DNA of 64,000 nt from an uncultured Thermoplasmata archaeon (GCA_964602715.1 CAZRSB010000005.1:1105-65104), one strand, 5' to 3'; numbered from the stretch's first letter, positions 41,579-53,378 are shown. Notes: generated from the sequence alone by a model not told the origin. Translations and numbers: made by a program.

Positions 41579-41856
41579 ATAACTCCGCCTCTTTTAGAAG
41601 AATTAAAAATACAGTAATTAAACTTTTGTTTTGAAGTTAGGATCAAAACATCGTTTCATGTTTCAGATTAGTAGAAAACCTCGATTATCCAGTACATCAC
41701 TACCATGAGCATAAATAATCACTCTATTGTAATGTAAGCATAGACATAAGTATTTTTTACAGATTTTCTAGTAACCCAGCTAGACTCAAAAAAATCCCTA
41801 TACATGGAGAGATAATTGACTTTATAGTTTATCATGTTTCAAAAATCTTATAATGT

Positions 41857-44800
41857 TTGAAATACTTTATAGGAGCAGAGATGAAAGACCAAATACAAGT
41901 ATTGATGATCGATGATGAACCTGCGATTTTAGAACAGGCTGAAATATACTTAAAGAAAAAAAACGAGAAGATTGAACCGATCACAGCTGAATCTGGTAAA
42001 AAGGGATTGGAGATATTATCCGAACAAAGTGTTGACGTGATAGTTTCAGACTATCAGATGCCGGGGATGGATGGTTTGGAACTGCTAAAAAATATCAGAA
42101 AAAAGAAAGAATTGGACATACCTTTCATATTATTTACAGGGAGAGGAAGAGAAGAAGTAGCTATGGAAGCTTTGAATTTAGGAGCTGAGAGATATCTAAA
42201 AAAGGGTGGCGATCCTAGGACGCAATTCGGTTTATTGAGTGACGCTATTTTACAAGAACATAGGTTATATATGAGAGAAAAAGAACTCGAAAGATCAGAG
42301 AGAGAAAAAAGAAGGATATTAGATAGTGCTGCTGAGCATATAATTTATCACGATGAAGAACATAGAATAATATGGGCAAATCAGGCGGCTGCTGATTCAG
42401 TAGAGAAAAACCCCCAGGATTTAGAGGGGAAAAAATGTTATAAGGTGTGGGGAGATGAAGAAGCTCCTTGCCAGGATTGTCCGGTCACAAAAGCCCTCAA
42501 CTCAGGTGAGATCGAAAGGGATGATGTGGAATCTCCTGATGGAAGATACTGGTATATAACAGCGTCTCCAATACTCGACTATGATGGCAATATTGAAGGA
42601 GTAGTAGAGGTTTCATTGGATATCACAGATAGAAAAAAACAACTAAATTATTTTAACAGATTATACAAAGAATATGAAATTATTTTTAATAATGTTCAGG
42701 AGTGTATATTCCTTGTTGATGTGACGGATGAGGGCGAATTTGAATTCCAAAGATTAAATCAATATGAAGAAGAGACTATAGGCTTAAAAAGTGAAGAAGT
42801 TAGGGGCAAAACTCCTGTGGAAGCCGTAGGAAAAAAAACTGGAAAAAAATTTGAAAAAAAATACAAGGAATGCCTCGAAAGAAAAGAGACAATAATCTAT
42901 GAAGAAGAAGTGGAACTGCCTGCTGGGAAACGAATCGCTCTAACTAAATTAAACCCAGTTATATTTGGTAGTGAAGTGGAAAAAATCGTTGGAATATCTC
43001 TAGATATAACAGAAAGAAAGGAGATGGAAAGAGAGATATGGAGACAAAAAAATAGGTTTGAAACTCTTGTATCTAATGCACAAGATGGGATATATATTCG
43101 AGATCTTGAGGGAACGATAACATACGTTAATGAGAGATTTGCGGAAATTCATGGTTACGATAAAAAAGAATTGATTGGCTTGACTTCTTGGGATCTTTTA
43201 CATGAAGATAGTAAGGATGATATTTCAGAAGAAGAATATAATGAAAAACTGATCCAGGAAGACGAACCAGCTGAGATAAAAATAAAAAGAAAAGATGGAG
43301 AGATCAGACAGGCACTGATCACTAATTCTATGACTGTAGGAATCAATGGTGAAAAAGAAATTTTTGGAATCGTTAGGGATATAACAGAAAGAAAACAACA
43401 GGAAAAAAAATTGAAGCGCAAAAATATGTATCTAGAGCATGTGCCTGAATTTGTTACCATCTTAGATGAAGAAGGTAATATCAAGTACAGAAGTAAAACG
43501 TCATCAGAAATCGATGATATTGCTCCTGAAGATATTTTTGGACAGGATGGTTTCAAGTTTGTCCACGCTGATGATAGAGAAAGACTCAAAGAAATTTTTG
43601 AAGATGTCTTAGAAAACCCCAAAAAAGAATATAGAACACAACTGAGAGGTAAAACTGCAGAGGGATGGATGTGGTTTGAAGCCAGAGCTGTAAATTATCT
43701 CGAGGATCCTGATATTGAAGGTATAATAGTTACTGGTAGAGATATAGATAAATGGAAACAAAAAGAGAAAAAATTGAAACAGAAAGAAGAGTACATCAAA
43801 TATAGTCCTGATATAACGTTGGTCTTGGATGAGGAGGCTAGAGTTAAATATCAGAGTAACTCAGGTGAGGATCTTATAGGAAAGAAAAAATTAAACTTGA
43901 TCGGAGTTAAACCTTTTGAAAGAGTACATCCAGACCATAAGGTAAAGATCATGGATTCTTTTGAAAAGGTTTTGGAAAACCCAGACGATATCGACATATC
44001 TGAATTCAAATTTGAAACTCAAGAAGGATGGAGATGGTTTGAGACTAGAGCACAAAACTTACTTGATGATCCAAACGTAAACGGTATCATTCTGAATGTG
44101 AGAGATATAACTAATCGAAAGAAAACTGAGGAAAAACTTGAGCAAAGGAATGAGAAAATTAAAAAGTTACATCAAAAGGCTACTGAGTTGAATAAATGCA
44201 AAGATGAAGTTGAAATATGTGAGCACGTAGTGGAGGCATCTGAAGATATATTAGAATTTGAAGTATGTGGAATAGATTTTGTTGAGAATGGGGAATTTGT
44301 GCCGATCTCTCTCTCAACTGAAATAGAGGGAGGATTTATAAGAAGAAAAGTTGAAGAGGCCGGGATAAGTCGGAAGGTATACGAAGATGGAGAAAGTTTA
44401 TTGGTTGAAGATCGGAGAAATCTTGAATTTTCGAGACCCGTAGTCAGCGATTATCGGTCCTCTATCACGATACCTTTAGATAACGTGGGGATCTATCAAG
44501 CCTTATCCACTGAAGTGGGTACTTTTGACGAAAAAGATCTGGAATTGGCAGAGTTACTGGTAAATCATGCTGTTGAGGCTATAAAACGTTTGAGATCTGA
44601 GCAAAAATTAAGAGATAGCAAAAGAGTAGTAGAAAAACTGCATGAAGCGAGTGCTGAATTGGAAAGTTGTCAAACTGAAAAACAGGTGTATCAAAAAGCC
44701 CTCGAGGCTGCTAAAAACATTTTAGATTTTGACATGTGTGGTTTTGATGCTGTAGAGGGAGATGCTTTCGTTGTTAAGGCATCTACATCAGAAGTTCCTG

Positions 44801-45720
44801 AAGGAGGATATATTAGTAGGAAAATATCAGAAGGAGGAACGAGTAAGAAAACATATCTGAATCAGAAATCATATTTAATTGATGATCTCTCCTTGGATCA
44901 GGACGCAAAACCCGTAAAAAGTGATTATAGATCCTTGATCAGTGTCCCGATCGGTGAATTCGGGATATTTCAGGCCGTATCTACTGAACCAGGTCATTTC
45001 GATAAAAGTGATTTGAGGATGAGTCAATTATTAATAGACCATGTGACCGAAGCTTTAAGAAGGCTTGAAAGAAATAAACAAGACGAGATCTTACATTCAC
45101 TACTTAGACACGATGTTGGAAACAAACTTCAGATAGCGAATGGATATTTTATACTACTTGAAGACTTTGGTAACTTTTCCGAAGAGACAAAAAAAATAAT
45201 AAGAAAAACTCAAGATGCTATCAATGCTGGTGAAGAAATTATTCAAAAGATCAGAAAACTAAGAAAGATCGAAACCGAAGAAGAGATATATGCAAGAGAT
45301 GTAAGCAGTGTAATTGATAAAGTAATATCTTTACAAAAAGAGAGGATTAAAGACAGTGGAATAGATATAAAGTTAGATGTGACAGCATGTGAAGTGAAAG
45401 CTGGATCTTTATTAGAAGAAGTTTTTATCAATATAATAGAAAACTCGATCACGCATTCTAATTGCACTTTGATTAATATCAAAACTGAAATAAAAAGAGA
45501 AGGTTGTATGATCATAATAGAAGATGACGGAATTGGAATAGATGAAGACATGAAGAAAAAGATATTTGAAAGCGGTTCTAGGAAAGGAAAAGAAGCCGGT
45601 TCTGGAATAGGGATGTATTTAGTAAAACAGATAGTAGATAGATATGATGGTTATATCGAAGTGGATGATTCTGAACTGTCTGGAGCCAAATTCAATATAT
45701 ACTTAAAAAAATGTGAATGA
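41857..45720 (+). CDS. Hybrid sensor histidine kinase: N-terminal REC, multiple PAS, two GAF, HisKA, HATPase_c
   Basis: 1287 aa with REC ('DYQMPGMDG...GRGREEVAMEALNLGAERYL'), a Cys-rich PAS, GAF tails, H-box 'LRHDVGNKL' and G-boxes 'DDGIGI', 'GSGIGMYLVK'. The likely start is at MKDQIQVLMIDDEP. Confidence 0.85.
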   Translation: MKYFIGAEMKDQIQVLMIDDEPAILEQAEIYLKKKNEKIEPITAESGKKGLEILSEQSVDVIVSDYQMPGMDGLELLKNIRKKKELDIPFILFTGRGREEVAMEALNLGAERYLKKGGDPRTQFGLLSDAILQEHRLYMREKELERSEREKRRILDSAAEHIIYHDEEHRIIWANQAAADSVEKNPQDLEGKKCYKVWGDEEAPCQDCPVTKALNSGEIERDDVESPDGRYWYITASPILDYDGNIEGVVEVSLDITDRKKQLNYFNRLYKEYEIIFNNVQECIFLVDVTDEGEFEFQRLNQYEEETIGLKSEEVRGKTPVEAVGKKTGKKFEKKYKECLERKETIIYEEEVELPAGKRIALTKLNPVIFGSEVEKIVGISLDITERKEMEREIWRQKNRFETLVSNAQDGIYIRDLEGTITYVNERFAEIHGYDKKELIGLTSWDLLHEDSKDDISEEEYNEKLIQEDEPAEIKIKRKDGEIRQALITNSMTVGINGEKEIFGIVRDITERKQQEKKLKRKNMYLEHVPEFVTILDEEGNIKYRSKTSSEIDDIAPEDIFGQDGFKFVHADDRERLKEIFEDVLENPKKEYRTQLRGKTAEGWMWFEARAVNYLEDPDIEGIIVTGRDIDKWKQKEKKLKQKEEYIKYSPDITLVLDEEARVKYQSNSGEDLIGKKKLNLIGVKPFERVHPDHKVKIMDSFEKVLENPDDIDISEFKFETQEGWRWFETRAQNLLDDPNVNGIILNVRDITNRKKTEEKLEQRNEKIKKLHQKATELNKCKDEVEICEHVVEASEDILEFEVCGIDFVENGEFVPISLSTEIEGGFIRRKVEEAGISRKVYEDGESLLVEDRRNLEFSRPVVSDYRSSITIPLDNVGIYQALSTEVGTFDEKDLELAELLVNHAVEAIKRLRSEQKLRDSKRVVEKLHEASAELESCQTEKQVYQKALEAAKNILDFDMCGFDAVEGDAFVVKASTSEVPEGGYISRKISEGGTSKKTYLNQKSYLIDDLSLDQDAKPVKSDYRSLISVPIGEFGIFQAVSTEPGHFDKSDLRMSQLLIDHVTEALRRLERNKQDEILHSLLRHDVGNKLQIANGYFILLEDFGNFSEETKKIIRKTQDAINAGEEIIQKIRKLRKIETEEEIYARDVSSVIDKVISLQKERIKDSGIDIKLDVTACEVKAGSLLEEVFINIIENSITHSNCTLINIKTEIKREGCMIIIEDDGIGIDEDMKKKIFESGSRKGKEAGSGIGMYLVKQIVDRYDGYIEVDDSELSGAKFNIYLKKCE

Positions 45721-45749
45721 ATTTTAAAAATAAGAAAAAGGTTTTTTGT

Positions 45750-46424
45750 TTATGATTCTCGATGGCAGAGCCACCAGTCGTAGCACTTGATCTCTCCTTT
45801 TTCCTCTTTCTCTTTTCGATCCTTTATCTCTTTTTCACTAGAAGCTGGTGGTATGATCACATCATCTTTAATGAGTTCGTTATTAGGCCAATTAGCAGGT
45901 ATAGCGACACCTTCTTCCTCAGATTTCTGGAATCCTTTGATCATTCTAATTATCTCATCCATATTTCTCCCAAGTTCAGCGGGATAATAAAGAATAGCTC
46001 TAATCGTTGATTCGGGATCGACTATAAACACAGCTCTTACTGTTGCTGTTCCTCCTGTACTGTGGATCAGACCTAATTTATCTGCGACTTCTCCCTTGCC
46101 ATCAGCGATGATAGGAAATTCAATCTTTTCTCCCATTTTGTCTTCGATCCATTCTGCCCATTTAAGATGACTGTGCACTTGATCAATACTTAAACCGATG
46201 AGTTCGGTATTGAGATCTCTAAATTCATCGTATCTTTTTTGGAATGAATAAAATTCGGTCGTACAAACGGGAGTAAAGTCACCGGGATGGGAAAACAGTA
46301 TGAACCATTTTCCATCAAATTTATCTGGAAGGTCCATTTCGCCATGAGTGGTGTTGACTTTCATCTCTGGAAACTTATCGCCAATCAGAGGCATGCCGTC
46401 TTTTTTTTCTTTTTTTTCGCTCAT
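45750..46424 (-). CDS. Peroxiredoxin (AhpC/TSA, 1-Cys/Prx6 type)
   Basis: 224 aa with 'FTPVCTTE' peroxidatic-Cys motif. Confidence 0.85.
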   Translation of the reverse strand: MSEKKEKKDGMPLIGDKFPEMKVNTTHGEMDLPDKFDGKWFILFSHPGDFTPVCTTEFYSFQKRYDEFRDLNTELIGLSIDQVHSHLKWAEWIEDKMGEKIEFPIIADGKGEVADKLGLIHSTGGTATVRAVFIVDPESTIRAILYYPAELGRNMDEIIRMIKGFQKSEEEGVAIPANWPNNELIKDDVIIPPASSEKEIKDRKEKEEKGEIKCYDWWLCHRES

Positions 46425-46539
46425 ATCTTACACCTCACTTATTTTCGAATTGTAAAGGTAGTTTATATTATTTTCGTATAAGTTTTGGTATTTTTCGTTA
46501 TTAATTTTGGATTTTTTGATAGATAAATGACATTTTTAG

Positions 46540-47031
46540 TTGCAAGAATGGCAAAAAATATTAATAACTTCGTCTATTAATAACCAATTGGCGGATAAAA
46601 TGAGTAAAGAAAAAATAACTTTAGAAGAGTTCGTCGAGAAACTGAACTACGATCTAGAGTGGGAATATGCAGCAGCACTTCAATATGTACAGCACCAAGC
46701 AGTAATGTCCGGTGCCGCATACGACAATATAGCTGATGAATTAGCGCTCCATGCTGAAGAAGAATTACAGCATGCCATACAATTAGCTGATCAAATAGAT
46801 TATCTTGGAGGAACTCCAAGTGTGAATGTACAAGAGATAAAAACGGGAGAAAAAGCAGATAAAATGTTAAAACAAGACCTTGAAGGCGAAAGAGACGCCA
46901 TCGAAAGATACAAGAAAAGGATTAAACAAGCTGAAGAATTGGATGAATATGCAACGGCTCAGACTCTAAGAGATATTTTAGTTACAGAACAAGAACACGA
47001 AATGGACTTGATGGATGCTTTAGATCTCTAA
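46540..47031 (+). CDS. Ferritin-like / Dps-family protein
   Basis: Four-helix ferritin-like pattern with 'EEELQHA' and 'EQEHE' di-iron ligand motifs. The real start is probably the Met at 46600 (MSKEKITL...). Confidence 0.7.
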   Translation: MQEWQKILITSSINNQLADKMSKEKITLEEFVEKLNYDLEWEYAAALQYVQHQAVMSGAAYDNIADELALHAEEELQHAIQLADQIDYLGGTPSVNVQEIKTGEKADKMLKQDLEGERDAIERYKKRIKQAEELDEYATAQTLRDILVTEQEHEMDLMDALDL

Positions 47032-47525
47032 ATATAGTCAAGGACACGACTTTTCTTTAATTTTTGAGAGTCCTTGGCTAGTTGTATCACTAAAAATTAA
47101 AAATTATACAAAGGAGTCAGGGAGATGGATTCCGATAGAAAATTCATATGACCAAAGAGCAATATATAAATGATTCAATAAAGCCAAAAAATACTTCACG
47201 AGACCACCTCTAGACCTGTATATAGGCTTCGTTTGTAAGGACAAAACCATGAGAACCCACCTACATGGGGAGTATTAACAGCTCTTGGTGTGTCTATAGC
47301 AATCTCTTTATTTCAGATCTCTCGACAGGAGTAAGTCAATAAGATATTCTTATCTTTATTTCTTTCCTATTGATGATTCAAAAAAGTGATGATCCAGGTA
47401 ATGAATTAAGATCATAAATGATGAAAAAAATTACTATGAAGAATATTAAATAATTTCTAAATAACTAAACTCAGAAACTAGAAAAGCATAAATAGAAAAA
47501 GGGCATTTTTTTAACTGGTTGGAAG

Positions 47526-48686
47526 ATGGATTTCATTGATGTACTACTAGTAGATGATGATGAAAAATTTCTTGATCAGGCCAAAATTTTCTTAGAGAAG
47601 GAGAACGAAAATATAAATGTAGTGACTGCAAGATCTGTAAAAAAGGGTTTAAAATTATTTGATAAAAAGAATTTCGATGCAATAGTCTCCGATTATCAAA
47701 TGCCAGATGTGACTGGAATTGAATTTCTAGAAGAGATAAGGACAAAAAAAATGAGTAACATCCCTTTTATAATTATAACAGGTAAAGGTCGCGAGGAAGT
47801 CGCTATGGAAGCACTCAATTTAGGTGCTGACAGATACCTACAAAAAGGGACTGATCCCAAAACTTTGTTTGGTTTGTTGGAACGTTCTATAAAAAAGGAA
47901 TTAGAAAAGATAACTCAAGAAAGATATAGAGATCTTCTTGAAAACAATCCAAATCCAACCCTCATCTTAGAAAACGATTTAAGTATAGAGATCGTAAATG
48001 ATCAGTTCTTAGAATTTATAAAAAAAGATAGAGACAAAGTAGAAGGAAATGATCTGGATTCTATCATTGGTAAAAAAGGGAAACAGAAGATAGATGAAGT
48101 TTTCAAATATAAAAAGATAGAAGATAACTCTTCTCCTGAATTGTTTTACACCACTTTAGAGGATCTTGATGCAAAGGAAAGAGATGTATTAATCTCTCTT
48201 TCTACAATTTCGAGACATGAAAAATGTTTGATTAATTTTTTTGATATCACTGACTGGGCGATAAGTGCTGATCTTATAGGTGAGCTCCAAAATTTCAAAA
48301 AAAGTGATAAGGATTTTTTGGAAAAATTTTCCGAAAGATTTTCTAAGTTCATCGCTGACGAAAGAATCCAAGCTGAAATCAAAAAAAATTGCCTTGAAGA
48401 ACTGACTATTTTGTTGATAGCATTTCATGGAAAGATCCACGGAAAAGGGATAATCGATGAATTGAGGAATAGATTTTCTATATCAATAAGTGCTGGTACG
48501 ATGTACCCTATTTTACATGATTTAGAGAGTAGAAATATAATTGAACAACATGAAGGAGTTAGATCGAAAAAATATACCTTGAAAAACAAAAAAGAAGGTT
48601 TGGAATTGGCTAGAAAAAAGATCAGTCTATTGTTTATTCAATATCTTCTACTTTATAATATGTTTAGAGGACAAAAAGACATGTGA
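47526..48686 (+). CDS. Response regulator with N-terminal REC and C-terminal PadR-like winged-helix domain
   Basis: 386 aa. Its REC is near-identical to those of the hybrid kinases ('DYQMPDVTG...GKGREEVAMEALNLGADRYLQKG'). The C-terminus 'GKGIIDELRNRFSISISAGTMYPILHDLESRNIIEQ' fits the PadR wHTH pattern. No kinase domain. Confidence 0.6.
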   Translation: MDFIDVLLVDDDEKFLDQAKIFLEKENENINVVTARSVKKGLKLFDKKNFDAIVSDYQMPDVTGIEFLEEIRTKKMSNIPFIIITGKGREEVAMEALNLGADRYLQKGTDPKTLFGLLERSIKKELEKITQERYRDLLENNPNPTLILENDLSIEIVNDQFLEFIKKDRDKVEGNDLDSIIGKKGKQKIDEVFKYKKIEDNSSPELFYTTLEDLDAKERDVLISLSTISRHEKCLINFFDITDWAISADLIGELQNFKKSDKDFLEKFSERFSKFIADERIQAEIKKNCLEELTILLIAFHGKIHGKGIIDELRNRFSISISAGTMYPILHDLESRNIIEQHEGVRSKKYTLKNKKEGLELARKKISLLFIQYLLLYNMFRGQKDM

Positions 48687-48831
48687 GAAACCTTCTATAA
48701 TATATAATCCATTTCAAATATGTATTCTCTTATTCAACTATATATCGAGATGTGATACACAATTCGATTTTCTAGGAATTTATAATAGGACAGAAAGATA
48801 TGTTTTTTTTATCTATAATGAGGCGGAATAT

Positions 48832-49026
48832 ATGCTAGAACCTAAAGTATATGAAATGAAAAAAACAAACCAAAGTGGCAATGACGACACAAATAGTGAT
48901 GAATTTATTGCTTGCATAAAAAGAGTTAAAAGATTAGCTGATGGCGAAGATATTAATATAAAAAATAGAGAGTTGTTAGAATCAATTGACAGATATCTAA
49001 AAGATATTGAAGGAAATTCTATCTGA
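48832..49026 (+). CDS. Hypothetical small protein (doubtful)
   Basis: 64 aa ORF in an AT-rich spacer with no motif. Confidence 0.2.
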   Translation: MLEPKVYEMKKTNQSGNDDTNSDEFIACIKRVKRLADGEDINIKNRELLESIDRYLKDIEGNSI

Positions 49027-49152
49027 GTAATTAAAAGTTGACGTAATAAAAGCTAATCCACTCTTGAACTAGTCCAGGTAATATATTTAATAAAATATTT
49101 TTTTCTTAAAATATTGTTATGGTTTAAAAAAGCTTAAATAGTTCAAATTTGA

Positions 49153-52100
49153 TTGTTTTTAATAATAAAATTGGTGAAAAGGATGAAAAATAAAAAGGAC
49201 AAAGGATTTAGGATGAGCATAGGTATTAAACTGATAGCACTGTTTTTAGCGATCTCTTTGATACCTCTAGGTATTACATTTGTAGTATCTTCTGAAGGTA
49301 TGGGGGATATCGGAGAGTTCTCTGAAGATGAGAGTGAAGAAGAACTGATGAGACAGATGGAAGATCGATTACAAGCCGAAGTTGATGGAAGACAGAATGC
49401 AATCCAGAATATAATCGATGCAAGAGAAGCTGATGCTATAACTCTTTCAAATATGGGGGTTATTGAAAACTATCTAGCGGCTAATGAAGGAGAGATGGAT
49501 ATGGTCCAAGAACTGAGCGAAGATATGCTTGGATACATGGCCACTGAGATGAGAGCGGGGATAGATAGTGCTGCTCAAGCTATCGCACAGTACAAATATG
49601 GTGAAGATTCGGTTGAAGATGTCGATGACGTTGAAGCTCTAGCTTCTGACGTGGAAGAATTGATCTCTGGAACTGAAGGAGACTTAACTGATGAAGAAGG
49701 AACAATGTACGATGCCTTTCAGCCAGGATATCTCAGAACAACAGGTTATACATTTATTGTAAACACTGATGCCGAAATTGTAACTCATTTTGATCTTGAA
49801 GATGGAACCGATACAGTAGATGATTTAGGCCTCGATGCATTCGAAGAAATCGCAGAGACCGCGCCACAGTATACAGAAGGTACCGATTACGGTGTTGCTG
49901 AATATATGTATCCAGATGAAACTCAAGAAGGGGATCCTGAGGAACTAAAATTTGTATCCTACAATTATTACGAGCCCTTCGATTGGGTGATCGCTCCTAG
50001 CGTTTACTATTACGAGCTACAAGAAGTAGCTGTAGAGGATGCAGCGGAACAGATAGCAAGTACTTTTGTCGACTATGAAACCACTAGAACTATAGATGTT
50101 GACGATGAACCTAGGATTGCATATGAAGGTATCACATTTGCAGATGCCGAAGGGATGGAGATAGTTTCGGCGGCGGATGGAGAAGTTACAACTGATCAGA
50201 CAAATGATCATTCCACTGAAGAGTGGTTCATCGGAGCGATGGATATGGGTGAGAACGAGGTATTCTTCAGCGAGGTCTATGGAGAGCCTGGTGAACAGAG
50301 CCTGGATATCTCTATACCTGTGTTCTACGATGGTGAAATAGACGGGGTTATCTCGATCACCTTCGATTACTCTATCCTCACTGATATGGCTAGTCAAGTC
50401 GATATCGGAGAAGAGGGTTATCTGTTCATATTAGATGATGAAGGCATAACCCTTAGTCATCCCAACGAGGAGAACATCGGTGCTGATGCTACAGCAGAGT
50501 TTGGAGAAGAACTAGGAGACATCGTTTCGGAAAGGATGATACAAGGTGAAACGGGTGTAGCAGAATACACATTTTTACAAAACGGAGAAGAAATACATAA
50601 TTGGGCCTCCTACACACCTATAGATTTTGGGCATAGAGAATATGTTTTATCAGCCACAATTCCACAGGAAGAAGCAACAGGACCCGCTGAACAGTTAGCC
50701 CAAGATATAGATGATATGAGAGGTGATAGCGAAAGGAACTTGATGATAATTACTGCTATAGCGGGTATAGGAGTTGTAGTTGTTGGATTCTTTTCCTCCA
50801 ATTACTTCGCCAATCCAATAAAGGCGATCAAAAATAGAGCTCAGAAATTGGCTAAAGGTGATTTCAGCTCTGATGAGGATGTCAGAAGAAGCAATGATGA
50901 GATCGGAGATATGGTCGAAGCTTTTGATGAGATGAAAGGAAACTTGAATACCTCTATGTCAGAGATAAAGAACTCAATGAGTTCTTTAGCCTCAGGTGAT
51001 TTAGATTCAAATGTAGATACTAGAAGACTGAAAGGTGAGTATAAAGAACTAGGTATGTCAATCAATAAGAGCTTACAAACTGTTAGAACTTCGATAACTG
51101 AGATAGAAGATATCATGGAAAGTTTAGTTCATGGTGATCTAGATGACAGGGTTGAAACTTCAGAGTTATCAGGTGAGTTCAGAGTAATGGGTGAAGATGT
51201 AAATGAAAGCATTGAAAAGATAGATTCAACATTAGAAAGAATAGATATGAGAATAGCCGAGATAGAAGAAGGTGACTTTACTAGAGTTGATCTAGATGAT
51301 ATGGAAGGTAAGTACAAAGAAACTGGTAAATCCATAAATAATAGTATAGTAGCAATTGAAGAGACCATGGACGATTTCCTAAACGTGATGGAAGGACTAG
51401 CAGCGGGAGAATTAGACAACAAAATAGACGAAGATAAGCATGAAGGTGAATTTAGAGAGATGGCTTATGCAATAAACGAATCTATGGATAATATCCGATA
51501 TGCTTTAGACAGGATAGAAATGAGAATGGCCGAGATAGAAGAGGGCGACTTTGCTCGGGTAGATACTAGTCATTCTGCGATGAAAGGTCATTATCTAGAG
51601 ACTGGCGAGGCCGTAAATAGAAGTTTAGAAACGATCGAGGAGACCATCGGTGATTTAGTAAGTGTTATGAAAAGCTTAGCTGAAGGTGATCTTGATGTTG
51701 GTATTGATGAGGAAGACCATGAGGGTCAATTCAGAGAGATGGCTGAAGCGATAAATACAAGTTTAGAAGCTGTAAAAACTTCGATGGAAGAGGTATCTTT
51801 TGTGATGAATGGTCTCGCGGAAGGTGATCTCACAAAGAGAGCGGAAACTAGTAAATTGAAAGGGGCATATGAAAACATAGCCAATATAATAAATCAAACT
51901 ATGGAAGAGGATAACGACCAAATGCTCAATATCAGAAACATTTCATTAGAGACGGATGATGCCGCGGAACAGATAGCAGCTTCCTCCGAAGAATTGAGTT
52001 CTACTGCTGAGAACGTATCGACTTCTGTACAAAACATCTCAGAAGGGACATCTGAACAGGCTAGAATGGCAGAGGATATGAAACAGCAGATGGAATCTGT

Positions 52101-52854
52101 AGCGGCAAATATGGAGGAGACTTCAGCTTCAGTTGAGGATATAGCAGCCTCTGCTGAAGAAGTATCAGCTCAAACTGATGAGGGCACAGAACAGGCAAAT
52201 ATAGCTAAAAAAAGAGTTTTAGAGTTGAAGGACACTTTAGAAACTACAAAGGAAAAAGCGTTTGAGCTGGACGGACAGTCAGATGAGATAGGAGAAGTAA
52301 TAGAAACGATATCCAATATTGCAGAACAAACTAATCTTTTAGCTCTCAATGCAGCGATAGAAGCGGCTAGAGCTGGAGAACACGGAAAAGGTTTTGCAGT
52401 AGTCGCTGATTCAGTAAGAGAACTCGCGGAAGAAACACAGAAAGAAACTGAAAATATCAAAGAGATTATAGAGAAAACACAGATCAACGCTTCCGATGTA
52501 GTAGATGGAGTGAAAGAGGTAACTGATAAATCTGATGAAGTCAATGAAGTAACAGAGAATAATCTCAACTCTTTGGAAGAGATAAGGGAAGCCTCGGACT
52601 CGGTCTCTAGTTCGATACAAGACATCTCTGGTGCAGTGGAAGATGTCACAGAAAAAGTACAGAAGGCTTCTCAACAAATTAATAACATAGCAGAGATAGC
52701 TGATCAAAACTCAAACGAGGCTGAATCTTCAGCCGCAGCTGCGGAAGAACAAAATGCTTCTGTAGAAGAACTATCCAGCTCAGCTCAACAACTTTCAAGC
52801 CTAGGTAATCAACTTTCAGAGATGGTCAACGAATACAAGATGAGTGAAAACTGA
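49153..52854 (+). CDS. Methyl-accepting chemotaxis protein with large extracytoplasmic sensor domain and poly-HAMP array
   Basis: 1233 aa. TM1 is near aa 25-47, followed by a ~480 aa extremely acidic sensor region and TM2 ('[18 protein letters not shown]'). About 7 HAMP-like repeats follow ('LA.GDLD..VD...L.GE..E....IN.S'), then an MCP signalling domain ('[35 protein letters not shown]'). Confidence 0.9.
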   Translation: MFLIIKLVKRMKNKKDKGFRMSIGIKLIALFLAISLIPLGITFVVSSEGMGDIGEFSEDESEEELMRQMEDRLQAEVDGRQNAIQNIIDAREADAITLSNMGVIENYLAANEGEMDMVQELSEDMLGYMATEMRAGIDSAAQAIAQYKYGEDSVEDVDDVEALASDVEELISGTEGDLTDEEGTMYDAFQPGYLRTTGYTFIVNTDAEIVTHFDLEDGTDTVDDLGLDAFEEIAETAPQYTEGTDYGVAEYMYPDETQEGDPEELKFVSYNYYEPFDWVIAPSVYYYELQEVAVEDAAEQIASTFVDYETTRTIDVDDEPRIAYEGITFADAEGMEIVSAADGEVTTDQTNDHSTEEWFIGAMDMGENEVFFSEVYGEPGEQSLDISIPVFYDGEIDGVISITFDYSILTDMASQVDIGEEGYLFILDDEGITLSHPNEENIGADATAEFGEELGDIVSERMIQGETGVAEYTFLQNGEEIHNWASYTPIDFGHREYVLSATIPQEEATGPAEQLAQDIDDMRGDSERNLMIITAIAGIGVVVVGFFSSNYFANPIKAIKNRAQKLAKGDFSSDEDVRRSNDEIGDMVEAFDEMKGNLNTSMSEIKNSMSSLASGDLDSNVDTRRLKGEYKELGMSINKSLQTVRTSITEIEDIMESLVHGDLDDRVETSELSGEFRVMGEDVNESIEKIDSTLERIDMRIAEIEEGDFTRVDLDDMEGKYKETGKSINNSIVAIEETMDDFLNVMEGLAAGELDNKIDEDKHEGEFREMAYAINESMDNIRYALDRIEMRMAEIEEGDFARVDTSHSAMKGHYLETGEAVNRSLETIEETIGDLVSVMKSLAEGDLDVGIDEEDHEGQFREMAEAINTSLEAVKTSMEEVSFVMNGLAEGDLTKRAETSKLKGAYENIANIINQTMEEDNDQMLNIRNISLETDDAAEQIAASSEELSSTAENVSTSVQNISEGTSEQARMAEDMKQQMESVAANMEETSASVEDIAASAEEVSAQTDEGTEQANIAKKRVLELKDTLETTKEKAFELDGQSDEIGEVIETISNIAEQTNLLALNAAIEAARAGEHGKGFAVVADSVRELAEETQKETENIKEIIEKTQINASDVVDGVKEVTDKSDEVNEVTENNLNSLEEIREASDSVSSSIQDISGAVEDVTEKVQKASQQINNIAEIADQNSNEAESSAAAAEEQNASVEELSSSAQQLSSLGNQLSEMVNEYKMSEN

Positions 52855-52865
52855 GGTAGATAATA

Positions 52866-53378
52866 ATGAGCATACAAGAAAAGATAGCATCTGAGGAGTC
52901 AATGCAGATAGTGATATTTAGACTAGGAGAGGATTACCTCTCCTGCCCTATTTCACAAGTCAGAGAGATCATCCAGTTAGAAGAGGTCACACCGGTTCCT
53001 TCAACGCCGAAAGAGATTCGAGGTATAATCAACAGGAGAGGAGAGATAATAACTATTGTAGATCTACCAGAGGTAATAGATACAGAACTGAAGCTAAAAG
53101 AAACCAACTCTCAGCTCTTGATCTTGTATAGTGAAGATGAAAATGTGGGTGTGATGACCTCTGAAGTTACTGAGATTCCGACGGTTGATACTAACTCGAT
53201 AGAGCCTCCATCCGAGACTATGGAAACGCCGATAAACAAAGAATATTTGGAGGGGATAATAAAACGAGAAGACAGGCTTGTTCTCTTCATCGATCTTTTG
53301 GCACTGATGAAAAACCTCTCTCAGCAAGATATAGATAGAGCGGCTAAATTTGGTCAAAGTGACGAAAAACAAGGTTAA
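52866..53378 (+). CDS. cheW: Chemotaxis coupling protein CheW
   Basis: 170 aa CheW fold pattern ('IVIFRLGEDYLSCPISQVREII', 'GIINRRGEIITIVDL'). Confidence 0.9.
   Translation: MSIQEKIASEESMQIVIFRLGEDYLSCPISQVREIIQLEEVTPVPSTPKEIRGIINRRGEIITIVDLPEVIDTELKLKETNSQLLILYSEDENVGVMTSEVTEIPTVDTNSIEPPSETMETPINKEYLEGIIKREDRLVLFIDLLALMKNLSQQDIDRAAKFGQSDEKQG

Noticed and set aside
52170-52649. Serine/threonine-rich antisense ORFs over the MCP genes (e.g. 52170..52649, 51129..51422, 50841..51116, 59826..60260)
   Set aside because: Low-complexity translations of the opposite strand of Glu/Ala/Ser-rich MCP coding sequence, with no motifs. The sense-strand MCP calls are unambiguous.
49153-52854. Possible CRISPR-like periodic repeats
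   Set aside because: The periodicity is the ~135-nt HAMP protein repeat inside a continuous ORF. There are no short identical direct repeats with unique spacers, and no cas genes are present in the window.
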